DNA of 63,142 bases, the filler included, from Candidatus Zapsychrus exili (GTDB lineage Bacteria > Omnitrophota > Gorgyraeia > Zapsychrales > Zapsychraceae): NCBI GenBank assembly GCA_030765585.1. It is 11 parts of 11 records of this genome, joined end to end, with 100 filler letters (N's around TTAATTAATTAA, not from the genome) between each part and the next. Parts side by side here need not be neighbours in the genome. Positions count along the whole stretch, not along the records: positions 24,763 to 40,398 come from JAVCCJ010000065.1; positions 40,499 to 47,275 come from JAVCCJ010000125.1; 9 more parts are not named here. One strand, given 5' to 3'. Shown here in pieces: positions 32,798-42,456 of this stretch (its first letter is position 1; each line of letters starts with the position of its first letter). Below the pieces are notes generated by a model, which saw nothing but the letters and a program-made list of their open reading frames with translations, did not search any database and had not been told where the DNA came from. The translations under genes were made by a program, and so were the position numbers.

Positions 32798-33349
32798 TTA
32801 AACTTCTTTCCTTTTCCTTATTACTCTTGCAGGATTGCCGGCAACAATTGAGTATGGAGGAATCTTAATCGACACAACGCTTCCTGCTGATATTACAGAG
32901 TGATTGCCTACATCAGCTCCACCTAAAAATATACATTTTGCTCCAACATAAACATCATCACCCAATATTATTTTTTTCTCTTCGCTGCCTTGCTCAATAA
33001 ACAACTTGTCCGGATCGTCAAATCTGTGATTTGAAGTTCTAAAAAAGCAATACGGCCCTATCCAAGTATTATCTCCTACGACAAGGCAAGGCTTCTCTCC
33101 TGGTCCAGGATTAAGCTCAGTATAGCGACCAACACTTGAGCTATGTCCAATTTGCATAAGTTCTGGGAAAAATACTGTACAGCCCTGCTGAATAATAGAC
33201 TTCTCTCCAAATGAATGAAATTTCTTTCTGTAATACCATCTTCTCAAATTATTTCCATAAAGTTCTATTGGCCAAACTCTTGTTATTGAACGTAGAATGA
33301 TCCCTGGTATTGATAAAATAGATTTAAATAGGTTTATTATTTTTTTCAT
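32798..33349 (-). CDS. Hexapeptide-repeat O-acyltransferase
   Basis: ILGDDVYVGA...VISAGSVV...VAGNPAR. Confidence 0.88.
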   Translation of the reverse strand: MKKIINLFKSILSIPGIILRSITRVWPIELYGNNLRRWYYRKKFHSFGEKSIIQQGCTVFFPELMQIGHSSSVGRYTELNPGPGEKPCLVVGDNTWIGPYCFFRTSNHRFDDPDKLFIEQGSEEKKIILGDDVYVGAKCIFLGGADVGNHSVISAGSVVSIKIPPYSIVAGNPARVIRKRKEV

Positions 33350-33351
33350 AT

Positions 33352-34284
33352 TTACCTTTTCTCTGCTAATGCGCGCATCCAAGTGCCATTGTTATTTTCA
33401 TAAAAGGCCTTTAAGCGCCAAGCATAAAATTTTATTAAAAATGCTTTAGGTATTATCCTTCTTGCTTTGTAAAAGAATACTTCTACACAATAAGCAAAAA
33501 TGTTATCCTTTTTTGCTTTCTGAGCATCCTTTCCATAAAAACAAATTGACTTCACATTCAACTAAATACTTTCCATCAATATCTCAATACTTTTTTTGCT
33601 AAAAAAGAACAAATGAGGAAAAACATCCGCTTTAAACAAATAGTCCTTATTAGGAACTCCTAAAAGCAATGTTCCTCCATCGTTTAGATAAGTAGACACG
33701 TTTTCTAAAAACGACTTGGGGTCTAAAACGTGTTCTAAAATATGCGACAAAACAATCAGATCATATTTTTTATCTATTTTCTCTGTAGAATCATAAATCT
33801 CTAGCTTAGTTTTAAAGTTATTCTTATTCCAAGTCTTAGCTAGTGACTCTTTTAATGCTTTATCAGCTTCAATAGCACAATATTCCACCACATCAATATC
33901 TTTATCATCTGCCGCGATCATTCCATAAAAACCATGACCTGCACCAACATCAAGAATTGACCAACTTTTCTTGATATTATTCTTTATGCCATTCTTAAAA
34001 AAATCCCATCTAGATTTTGAAAGAACATACTGTCCAGGAAAACTATTTGGCGTAATCAGCTGTATCTTTGAATCATCCCAATACTCACCATTAAAATATA
34101 ATTCCTCGAGCTGTTTCTTGCTTAACGGTGGATATGCAATTCCCACGCCACAGTTCCCGCAAAAATAAATATCATTTGGTACATTCTTATCTTTTTTATC
34201 ATAAGGATACTTGATACACTCTGCTTCCTGCTCTTTAAAGCGATTTGAATATACTGGACATGTTAAAAAATTATCATTATTCAT
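33352..34284 (-). pseudogene. Class I SAM methyltransferase interrupted by an in-frame TAG at 33562-33564
   Basis: CPV/CGNC, ILDVGAGHG, SHILEHV. ORF 33352-33561 continues in the same frame immediately after the stop. Confidence 0.72.
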
Positions 34285-35206
34285 TCTGATTAAAAAAATC
34301 TAATAAATTTTGAGTTGCCTCTATTTCCATCTGAAGCCTTGACTCTTTAGTCAAGGTAGCAACATGTGGTGTTAAAATTACATTATCCAGCTCACATAGC
34401 GGACCCAAATATGGTTCTTTTGAAAATACATCCATTGCAGCGCCTGCTATTTTACCGCTCTTTAGAGCTTCAACTAAAGCATCTTCATCAACAAATTGAC
34501 CCCTCGCGACATTTACAAGAAAAGATCCATCTTTCATCGTTGATATTTCTTTTTCTCCTAAAACAAATGGATTGCTTTCCACATTTGCTAAATGAATACT
34601 TACAATATCAGACTTTTTAAGTAATTCTTCTGTTGATACAATTTCTATTTCTTTTTCCTTAGCCCAAGCTTCATCAGGGGCAATATCAGCACCTAAAATA
34701 TCAGCTCCTAACACTTTGAGCATCTCTGCTGTTCTTTTACCTATTCTTCCCAAACCAAGAATTCCAACCTTTTTACCTACAAGTAGATTCCCAGCCTTCT
34801 TCTTCCAATTATCAGATTTTAATAATATAGTGTGCACCGTTAATTTTTTTAATAAATCAAAGATAAATGCAACAGTCAACTCTGCAACAGGTTGTATTAC
34901 AACATCTGGAGTATTCCTGATAACAACTCCTTTTTCTTTTGCTTTATCATGATCGATACTGTCAATTCCTACTCCACAACGACTTATACATTCTAAACTT
35001 GGCATCAAATCTAAAACTTCAGCATCATATAGTTCAACTCCAGCAACAACACCATTACAATCACCAGCAAGCTCTACTATTTCATCCTTAACCAGCCTTC
35101 TTCCTAAAGTATTTACTTTATATTCAAATCCACTTTCTTTAAGCAAATTCAAAGGTTCTTCCCCATATTGAGAAAAAGTTGATAATGTCACAAATATTTT
35201 TTTCAT
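34277..35206 (-). CDS. D-2-hydroxyacid (phosphoglycerate-like) dehydrogenase
   Basis: SRCGVGID, GILGLGRIG, NVARG, LTPHVA. Confidence 0.9.
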   Translation of the reverse strand: MKKIFVTLSTFSQYGEEPLNLLKESGFEYKVNTLGRRLVKDEIVELAGDCNGVVAGVELYDAEVLDLMPSLECISRCGVGIDSIDHDKAKEKGVVIRNTPDVVIQPVAELTVAFIFDLLKKLTVHTILLKSDNWKKKAGNLLVGKKVGILGLGRIGKRTAEMLKVLGADILGADIAPDEAWAKEKEIEIVSTEELLKKSDIVSIHLANVESNPFVLGEKEISTMKDGSFLVNVARGQFVDEDALVEALKSGKIAGAAMDVFSKEPYLGPLCELDNVILTPHVATLTKESRLQMEIEATQNLLDFFNQNE

Positions 35207-35976
35207 AAATTCCTTATCTTTTCGTAAATTTCAGATTGTTCTTTGTTTTTTTCTAAAATTTCTTCTATTCTTTTTACATGTTCAGGCTCATCTAACCCAA
35301 ACATCTGTTTGTCAAATACAACGCCACGAATACCGTATCCATGTTCTAATATTCTCAAGAAATCTACAGACTCTGCAATCTCTAGCGGTGTAGGTGCAAG
35401 ATTAGAAAATTTTATAAGAAATTCCTTTCTAAAAGCCGAAAGTCCTGTTTGACGATAAAGAGGTGTCTTATTCTTTTCTTGCAAAAAAGGTATTAGTGAC
35501 CTTGAAAGATACAAAATATTATTATTATTATCTAAAGTTGTTTTAACCACACTTATATCATTAAAGTCTTCTTGCGTTTCAATTGTAGACAATAAATTCG
35601 TACATAATAAATTTTTATCATTTTTAAAAGGCTCAAGCAGAAGATCAGCTACTTTTGGATCAAACAAAGGCTCATCACCTTGAAAAATTAAAACTATTTC
35701 AGCATCAATATCTTTTGCTGCTTCCTCCACTCTATCTGTGCAGCGATCGTGGGTATCTTTAGTCATTATTGCTCCCCCACCATAACTTTCAACAGTATCA
35801 AATATTTCCTTATCACAAGTTGCAACATAAACTTCATCTATGCTTTTACATAGCTCAACCCTTCGTCTTACATGCTCAATCATAGGAAAGCCTAGTATTT
35901 TAGCTAACGGCTTTCCTGGAAAACGTGATGCAGCCATACGAGCAGGTATTACAGCTATTATTTTTCCTTGTTCCAT
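35203..35976 (-). CDS. KdsB-like CMP-ulosonate cytidylyltransferase
   Basis: IPARMAASRFPGKPLA, CTDRV, QGDEP, ESVDFLR. Confidence 0.88.
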   Translation of the reverse strand: MEQGKIIAVIPARMAASRFPGKPLAKILGFPMIEHVRRRVELCKSIDEVYVATCDKEIFDTVESYGGGAIMTKDTHDRCTDRVEEAAKDIDAEIVLIFQGDEPLFDPKVADLLLEPFKNDKNLLCTNLLSTIETQEDFNDISVVKTTLDNNNNILYLSRSLIPFLQEKNKTPLYRQTGLSAFRKEFLIKFSNLAPTPLEIAESVDFLRILEHGYGIRGVVFDKQMFGLDEPEHVKRIEEILEKNKEQSEIYEKIRNL

Positions 35977-35985
35977 AATTATTTC

Positions 35986-36732
35986 CTATTGCGGCAAAAC
36001 TCCACAATCAACATTTAAAGATTGACCAGTTATAGCAGTTGCCTCATCTGAAGACAAAAACAGACAAGTCTTTGCAACTTCATCTCCACGAGGCAGCCTT
36101 TTAAGCGATGCCTGTTTAGACGCAAAATCTTTCAAATAAACATTTGCATTTAGTCCTTTGGTTGGCGAATCTTTGTCTTTTAATGCCTTAAGCAAGCCTT
36201 TTGTTTTAACATAAACAGGACAAATAGCATTTACTCGAATACCATCTTCGCCTAATTCTTTCGATAATGCTTGAGTAAGACCTGTTACTCCAAACTTTGA
36301 TGCACAATAAACTGAATTATTAGCGCTACCTCTTCTACCTGCAAGGCTTGATACGTTCAAGATAGAGCCACCTTTTCTCAAATACTTTGCTGCTGCCTTA
36401 CATCCCAAAAAAGTGCCCTTTAAATTAACATCAATCATCTCATCCCAAAACTTAACGTCTATTTTATTAATAGGGCTCCATTTTGAGAAACCAGCGCAAT
36501 TTATGTACACGTCCAATCTCTTTGTCCATTTAATCGCTACTTTAGCAAGGTCAATATGTCCTTCTTCATTTTTCACGTCCATCTTACAAAATTTAACTTT
36601 TTTACCTAATTTCTTTGCAATTCCATTATCAGTACGCGCACCAACAACCACATTAAATCCATTCTTACAGAACTCTTCTGCTATTGCTGCTCCGATTCCT
36701 TTACTACCACCCGTAATAACAACCGTTTTCAT
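35986..36732 (-). CDS. SDR oxidoreductase
   Basis: TGGSKGIG, YCASK. Confidence 0.92.
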   Translation of the reverse strand: MKTVVITGGSKGIGAAIAEEFCKNGFNVVVGARTDNGIAKKLGKKVKFCKMDVKNEEGHIDLAKVAIKWTKRLDVYINCAGFSKWSPINKIDVKFWDEMIDVNLKGTFLGCKAAAKYLRKGGSILNVSSLAGRRGSANNSVYCASKFGVTGLTQALSKELGEDGIRVNAICPVYVKTKGLLKALKDKDSPTKGLNANVYLKDFASKQASLKRLPRGDEVAKTCLFLSSDEATAITGQSLNVDCGVLPQ

Positions 36733-36744
36733 ATACTTACCTCC

Positions 36745-37527
36745 TTATATAGTCATACAAGAAAAACCGCCATCAATCGTTACCTCTGACCCAGTAACAA
36801 AACTTGCAGCATCTGACGCTAACCACAAAACAGCTCCAACGAGCTCTTTTGGCTTTCCATAGCGCTTCATTGCGGTATGACCTAAAATTGCATTTTCTCT
36901 TTGTTTTGTAATAAAATGTTTCATGCTCCAGTTAGTCGGAAAGAATCCTGGCTTAAGAGCATTTACTCTTACATTATAAGTAGCCCATTCTCTACCTAAA
37001 TTTTGAGTAAGATTTTTAACACCTGCCTTTGCGACAGAATAAGAAAATGCCTTAGACAAAGGTGGTCCTGAAGATGCTGAAGACATATTTATTATCGAAC
37101 CTTTTTTTCTTTTTATCATTTCAGCGCCAAAAACCTGACACCCAAACAATGTTGCTGTAACATGAGAATCTATTATTGCACTCCACTCCTCTTTCTTTAT
37201 ATCCATAACAGGGGTCGGAGCATTAATACCTGCACCATTTATAAGAATATCTATTTTCTTAAACTTCTTTAAAACCTCTATTTTTGCATTCTCTAGATCT
37301 TGTTTTTCTGTAACATCAACGCAAACACTCAGCACCTTTGTATTTATTTTCTTAATCTTTTTTTCAAATAAATTAATATTTTTTTTGTTCTTATCTAAAA
37401 GCGCTACGGACACACCTGCTTGAGCCAAGCCAATTGCCATCTCACCACATAAAAATCCTCCAGCGCCTATAACAACTGCAACCTTATCCTTTAAATTAAA
37501 AAGTTCTGATACATAATTATTTTTCAT
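36745..37527 (-). CDS. SDR oxidoreductase (gluconate/mannonate-dehydrogenase-like)
   Basis: LFNLKDKVAVVIGAGG, YSVAK, PGFFP. Confidence 0.88.
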   Translation of the reverse strand: MKNNYVSELFNLKDKVAVVIGAGGFLCGEMAIGLAQAGVSVALLDKNKKNINLFEKKIKKINTKVLSVCVDVTEKQDLENAKIEVLKKFKKIDILINGAGINAPTPVMDIKKEEWSAIIDSHVTATLFGCQVFGAEMIKRKKGSIINMSSASSGPPLSKAFSYSVAKAGVKNLTQNLGREWATYNVRVNALKPGFFPTNWSMKHFITKQRENAILGHTAMKRYGKPKELVGAVLWLASDAASFVTGSEVTIDGGFSCMTI

Positions 37528-37540
37528 AAATTTTCCTCAT

Positions 37541-38517
37541 TTATTTGCTATCAATTGATAAAACAGATAATCTATGTCTTATATCTCCATCCATATAATT
37601 AACAAGTGGCACACGTACATTAAATAACTTTGGCCCTCTGCTAGCTTTACAACGAGCAAAGAAATACTTACACCACGGGCAAATCTCATCAATCAAATGT
37701 TTATCTTCCTCTTCCCAAGGATAATCTACAAAGCAAGATATTTCTCCATCAGGAAGCTGTTTTTTTCCCTATTACAACAATAAAAAAGATTGTCTTCTTT
37801 TAAATATTTTCTTAAAAATTTAAAGTAGCGCAAAACTGTTTCCTCATTCATCTCTTGCATTGAAACTATAGTAATAGCTAAATCAAATGAAAACGAGTCC
37901 AATAAGTCCAAATTTTCAGCAGGACAATAAAGAAAATCAGAATCTAAAGCTAATTTCTGAGCAAAAGAATCCTTAGACACTAAATAATGTCGCGCATTCT
38001 TATGAACTTTATTGCAAAAATTAGCCTGGAAAAGAAGTGTTTTACCCAAATCAACTAAACATATTTTTGCATTAGGAAAGACCTCTTTTATTAGATTAGA
38101 CATAAAGCCATATCCATCTCCAATATTAATTACCCTTATTTCTTTGTCTTTTGGAATGTCTTTTGAAAAAACAATAAAACTACAGACCTGGCGAAAACAC
38201 TCATAAGAAAAATGAAACCCCATCTTCTTTGTTATCTTTTTAGCTATCTTTATGGTCTTTAGAATTTCTTTACGATTATCAATCCAAATAAGATAAGTTT
38301 CATTAGTTAACCAATGAAAAAACTTAGATGCTATTCCCTGTTGTTCTAAATCGCCAAAACCATAACCACAAAGAGAATCAAACTTGCCATCTGTCATCTT
38401 AACATTGGCCTTATTATGAAATTCTCTCCAATGAGAAGACCTCGAAATCTCTTCTGTATTATCTTCACAATAATAATCTTGATAAAGCTTATCTAGTATA
38501 TTTCTTGTACTATTCAT
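37541..38517 (-). pseudogene. Putative sugar O-methyltransferase, frameshifted in an A7 run (37760-37766)
   Basis: NIGDGYG, VDL, SMQEM. Adding one A gives REKKQLPDGEISCFVDYPW..., ending at TAA 37541. Confidence 0.7.
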
Positions 38518-39142
38518 TTTCTATAAACTCTTTTATTTTATACATATTCTCAAAAACTTTTACATCTTCTCCTAAGTCTTTTGAGCTTTTTACTCCCACA
38601 AATAAAACCTGTGCATTTTGTGCCGACGCATAATCCTCAGGACTATCTCCTATAAAAATAGCTTCACTATTATCTATGTTCTCTTTTTCTAAGATATCTT
38701 TTATTGCATCTAACTTTTTCCAAGGCACGTTATAAATTCCTTTAAAATATTTATCGATCCCGCGCGCTTTAAGGATGTCTAGAAATTCATCCGGTGGATT
38801 AATGGATGCAACATACAACGGAACTTTTCCATAAAAATATTCTAGAAACTCTTTAGCGCCACAAACAAAAGGACATTCTATTATTTTCTCAACACAAAAT
38901 TCAGAATATCTCCTGCACAAATCTTCTTTAATACTTTCCGTGTACTCTTCTTTTAAAATATTTTTATATATATGCTCAAACTTCTCAAAACGAATAGTAG
39001 CATTATGGACAAGATGATAATCCATTATTTCTTTAAAATATTTGTCGTATTTCTTAAATAAACTTTCAAAAGCCTTATCTTTTATGCCAACTGACTCAAC
39101 TATAACGCCATCAAAATCTAATATTATTGCTTTTATATTCAT
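38510..39142 (-). CDS. HAD-family phosphatase
   Basis: ILDFDGVI, FIGDS..D. Confidence 0.9.
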   Translation of the reverse strand: MNIKAIILDFDGVIVESVGIKDKAFESLFKKYDKYFKEIMDYHLVHNATIRFEKFEHIYKNILKEEYTESIKEDLCRRYSEFCVEKIIECPFVCGAKEFLEYFYGKVPLYVASINPPDEFLDILKARGIDKYFKGIYNVPWKKLDAIKDILEKENIDNSEAIFIGDSPEDYASAQNAQVLFVGVKSSKDLGEDVKVFENMYKIKEFIENE

Positions 39143-39146
39143 ATCT

Positions 39147-39941
39147 TTATTTACTTTTCCCTAAAGACTCAATACAATTCTTAATCTTTTCAGTCCATTC
39201 CCAAAGAACAAATATATCCGAAGCAAGCACTACAAAATTAAACCCTTCTATAAAATTACTCTTTATACTTTTAATATCAGGCTCTGTATTCTGTGTTCCG
39301 CATGCCTTCTTATATTTCTTGCATGAATTTATAACAACCCCGCACATATCCTTTACTCTTTTATGCCCAATCTGTCCTGGCACACCTAAAGAACTTGAAA
39401 GGTCATAAGGGCCGATCATAACTGCATCTATTTCTTTAAAAGATAAAATCTCATCTATATTTTCAACTCCCTTTACTGATTCAATCTGAACAATAATTAC
39501 TGATGAATCATTCCAGGATTTAGAATACTTATCAAAATCAAAACCATATCCTTGAGCGCGCGCTATTCCATAGCTACGTTTTCCAACAGGAGTATATTTG
39601 CTCCATTCGATTATCTTCTTAACTTCTTCTTTAGTTTCCACCATAGGAACTATAATTCCATCAGCTCCGGAATCTAGAAGGCGTTTTATCATCTCCATAT
39701 TATGCGATGCTATCCGTGGCAAACATAGAGAGCCTTCACTTTGAGCTGCAGCTATTATTCTTTGAGACTGTTCTTGGCTTATTGTACTGTGCTCTATATC
39801 TATTCCAACAAAATCGAATGGCGCCTTGCAGAACATCTCTGTTATAGAAGGATGCGCTATTGAAGTCCAAGCTCCAAAAATCTTACTTCTTTCTTTAAAT
39901 TTCTTTCTTAAAGCCAATCTTCTTCTTATTAACTCTTTCAT
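39147..39941 (-). CDS. HpcH/HpaI class II pyruvate aldolase
   Basis: IDIEH, LDSGADG, QIES, IGPYDLS. Confidence 0.9.
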   Translation of the reverse strand: MKELIRRRLALRKKFKERSKIFGAWTSIAHPSITEMFCKAPFDFVGIDIEHSTISQEQSQRIIAAAQSEGSLCLPRIASHNMEMIKRLLDSGADGIIVPMVETKEEVKKIIEWSKYTPVGKRSYGIARAQGYGFDFDKYSKSWNDSSVIIVQIESVKGVENIDEILSFKEIDAVMIGPYDLSSSLGVPGQIGHKRVKDMCGVVINSCKKYKKACGTQNTEPDIKSIKSNFIEGFNFVVLASDIFVLWEWTEKIKNCIESLGKSK

Positions 39942-40310
39942 TATGATTTTTCTCCTTTTGCGGCATCATCAAGAAACATCTGAACTGTCTCTTTTGTATA
40001 AGGATGTACTAACATACCATTTAAGAATTTAGGAAGAACTGTTACAATATGTGCTCCAGCTGAAAGCCATTCAGATATATTTAGAACTTCTCTAGTTGAG
40101 GCTGCAATTATCTCTGCTTTAAGACAATGCTCATCTAATAAATCTCTTAATTTCTGAATTTCATCAATACTGTTATAGCCCATATTATTTACTCTACCGC
40201 AAAAAAGCGATACATATGATGCTCCTGCCATAGCAGCTAAAAAGCATTGCTGCGCGCTCATCATAGCTGTAACGTTTACCCTGACATCATGCTTTGTCTC
40301 AAGCTCATGA
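39941..40310 (-). CDS. Transaldolase/FSA family protein, C-terminal part
   Basis: VNVTA, AGASYVSLFCGR, IIAASTR, HPYT. Confidence 0.85.
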
Positions 40311-40398
40311 ATGACAGGGTAAACGTTACAGCTATGATGAGCGCGCAGCAATGCTTTTTAGCTGCTATGGCAGGAGCATCATATGTATCGCTTTTTTG
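40200..40398. repeat. Perfect 84-bp fold-back at the contig end (likely amplification chimera)
   Basis: 40200-40283 is the exact reverse complement of 40315-40398. Confidence 0.9.
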
Positions 40399-40498
40399 NN
40401 NNNNNNNNNNNNNNNNNNNNNNNNNNNNNNNNNNNNNNNNNNTTAATTAATTAANNNNNNNNNNNNNNNNNNNNNNNNNNNNNNNNNNNNNNNNNNNN
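40399..40498. other. Artificial contig spacer
   Basis: N-linker-N. Confidence 0.99.
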
Positions 40499-42439
40499 AT
40501 CATTAATACCGTGCTGTTTTAATATTTGAATAGTATTTGTTTTAACAACATCATCTTTAAAACCCGCATCGGAGAAAACAACACGCGATACCTCAGGATT
40601 AAGTTCCTCTTTTAGTTTTGCTATTTCTTCTACAACATCAAGAGATATATCTTTATCCAAACAAACTATCAATGCGCCTAAACCGATAGAATATACTGTT
40701 TTTTTACAAATTTTTCTTTCTTCAATAGGCAAGGTCAAATCAAGCCCATATTTCAATAGGATTTCATAGAGCACATCTTCAGCAGAGCGGTCTTTCTTTA
40801 TATTATCAACAGTGTCCAACAAACTCTTCTCAAGCGAACCAAAATCACTATCCCAAGTCTTAATATTTGATGAATCAAGTTTGAAAACCTTAAAACCCAT
40901 ATCCAACTTAATATTTTTTTCTGTCTTATTTTCAAATAAAGTCCCTTTGTCTTTCTTGGACTTATTATTTTGTTCAGATTTAATCTTTTTTATTACCCGC
41001 CTAATACGCTCTTTACCAATATCGGCAATCGTTTTGTATCCCGCCTTAGATGCTTCAGAATCATCATCTGTTTTTTCAGGAAGTTGAACCATAATAAATT
41101 TACGATTACCTTGATTTTCAGCGTTTAAATCTAGAATGGCTTGAGCAGTAGAACACGAGCCAGCAAAGAAATCTAAAATTGTTGTTCTATAATCTGACTT
41201 ATGATTCTCTGGCAAAAATCTGAATAAATATTTCATTAATGATACTGGCTTTGGATAATCCATAATATTTTTCACTTCCATTAAGCCATCCATCGCCGAA
41301 CTTGCATTTTCGTTAGTACCTACTCCAAACGACTTGTCTATTATATTCCAAGGTTTTTCTGGCGCATATTCTTCTCGCTCGTAAGAAGGAGAAAAACTTT
41401 TTGTGCGTATTGACACTTTTGTTCCATTTTTAATTTCCTCATCTAGGTTAGACTGTCCCCACTTAAATTTACCTCTAAGCCTAACTGGTTTTACGAAAAC
41501 ACCACTTTCTACTTTAGTGCTCTCAAGCAAATCAATTTCATAATTGGCTGTACCATACTTCCCAGAATGAATAACACAATCTTCTATTCCCGTATCTATT
41601 TTACCTGCAGGAAAAATTAGCTCATGAACTGAATTAGTCTGATTCATTAACCCATTACTAGCTTTACTTTCCTTTGAAAGACCTTCAAAACTTCCGCCAT
41701 TGTCACTTTTTTGATAGCAGAGAATATATTCTATAGCTTTTTTTGTTTTTTTGGCTAAATTAGCAGGGGTTTCCGTTTTTTTCCACGAGAATTTTTCAAC
41801 AAAATTTTCTTCTCCAAAGATTTCATTACATATTTTTTTTAAATTATCAACCTCGTTGTCATCAATACTAATAAAAATTATGCCTTCATCCCTAAGTAAA
41901 TTTCTAGCAAGCTTAAGCCTAGGATACATCATGTTAAGCCAATCTGTGTGGTAGCGTCCACTAGTCTCTGGATTGGCAGAGAGCTTTTTGCCTTCACTAT
42001 CGGCTTGCCCAGTAAGCTCAAGATAATTTTTGATATTGTCTTTAAAGTTATCCTTGTAAATAAAGTCATTCCCTGTGTTGTATGGCGGATCAATATAGAT
42101 CATTTTTACTTTTTTGTGGTATGTCTTTTGTAAAAGTTTTAAGACTTCAAGGTTGTCACCCTCAATAAAAAGATTCTCAGTTGTATCCCAATTGACACTT
42201 TCTTCTTTGCGTGGCCTTAAAGTACCCGTAGAAGGCGTTTGCGCGAGGCGTTTTGCCTTAGATTTTCCATTCCAGGTAAAATTATATCGTTCTTCACTGT
42301 CATCTACATAATCGCCAAGAGTGGTTTTAAGTTTATCAAAATCGATATCCCCTTCGGTTACAATGTCAGGGAATATATCCTTTAATTTTTCAATATTTTC
42401 TTTAAGAATATCTTTACTTTTTCCGTCAAGTTTTTGCAT
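40499..42439 (-). CDS. mod: Type III RM methyltransferase (Mod), end truncated
   Basis: IEGDNLEVLK, IYIDPPYN, YPKP, LDFFAGS. Confidence 0.93.
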
Positions 42440-42456
42440 AACAAACTCCTATATGT

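Noticed and set aside
40247..40450. Plus-strand ORF duplicating transaldolase sequence
   Set aside because: Product of the fold-back chimera running into the N spacer.
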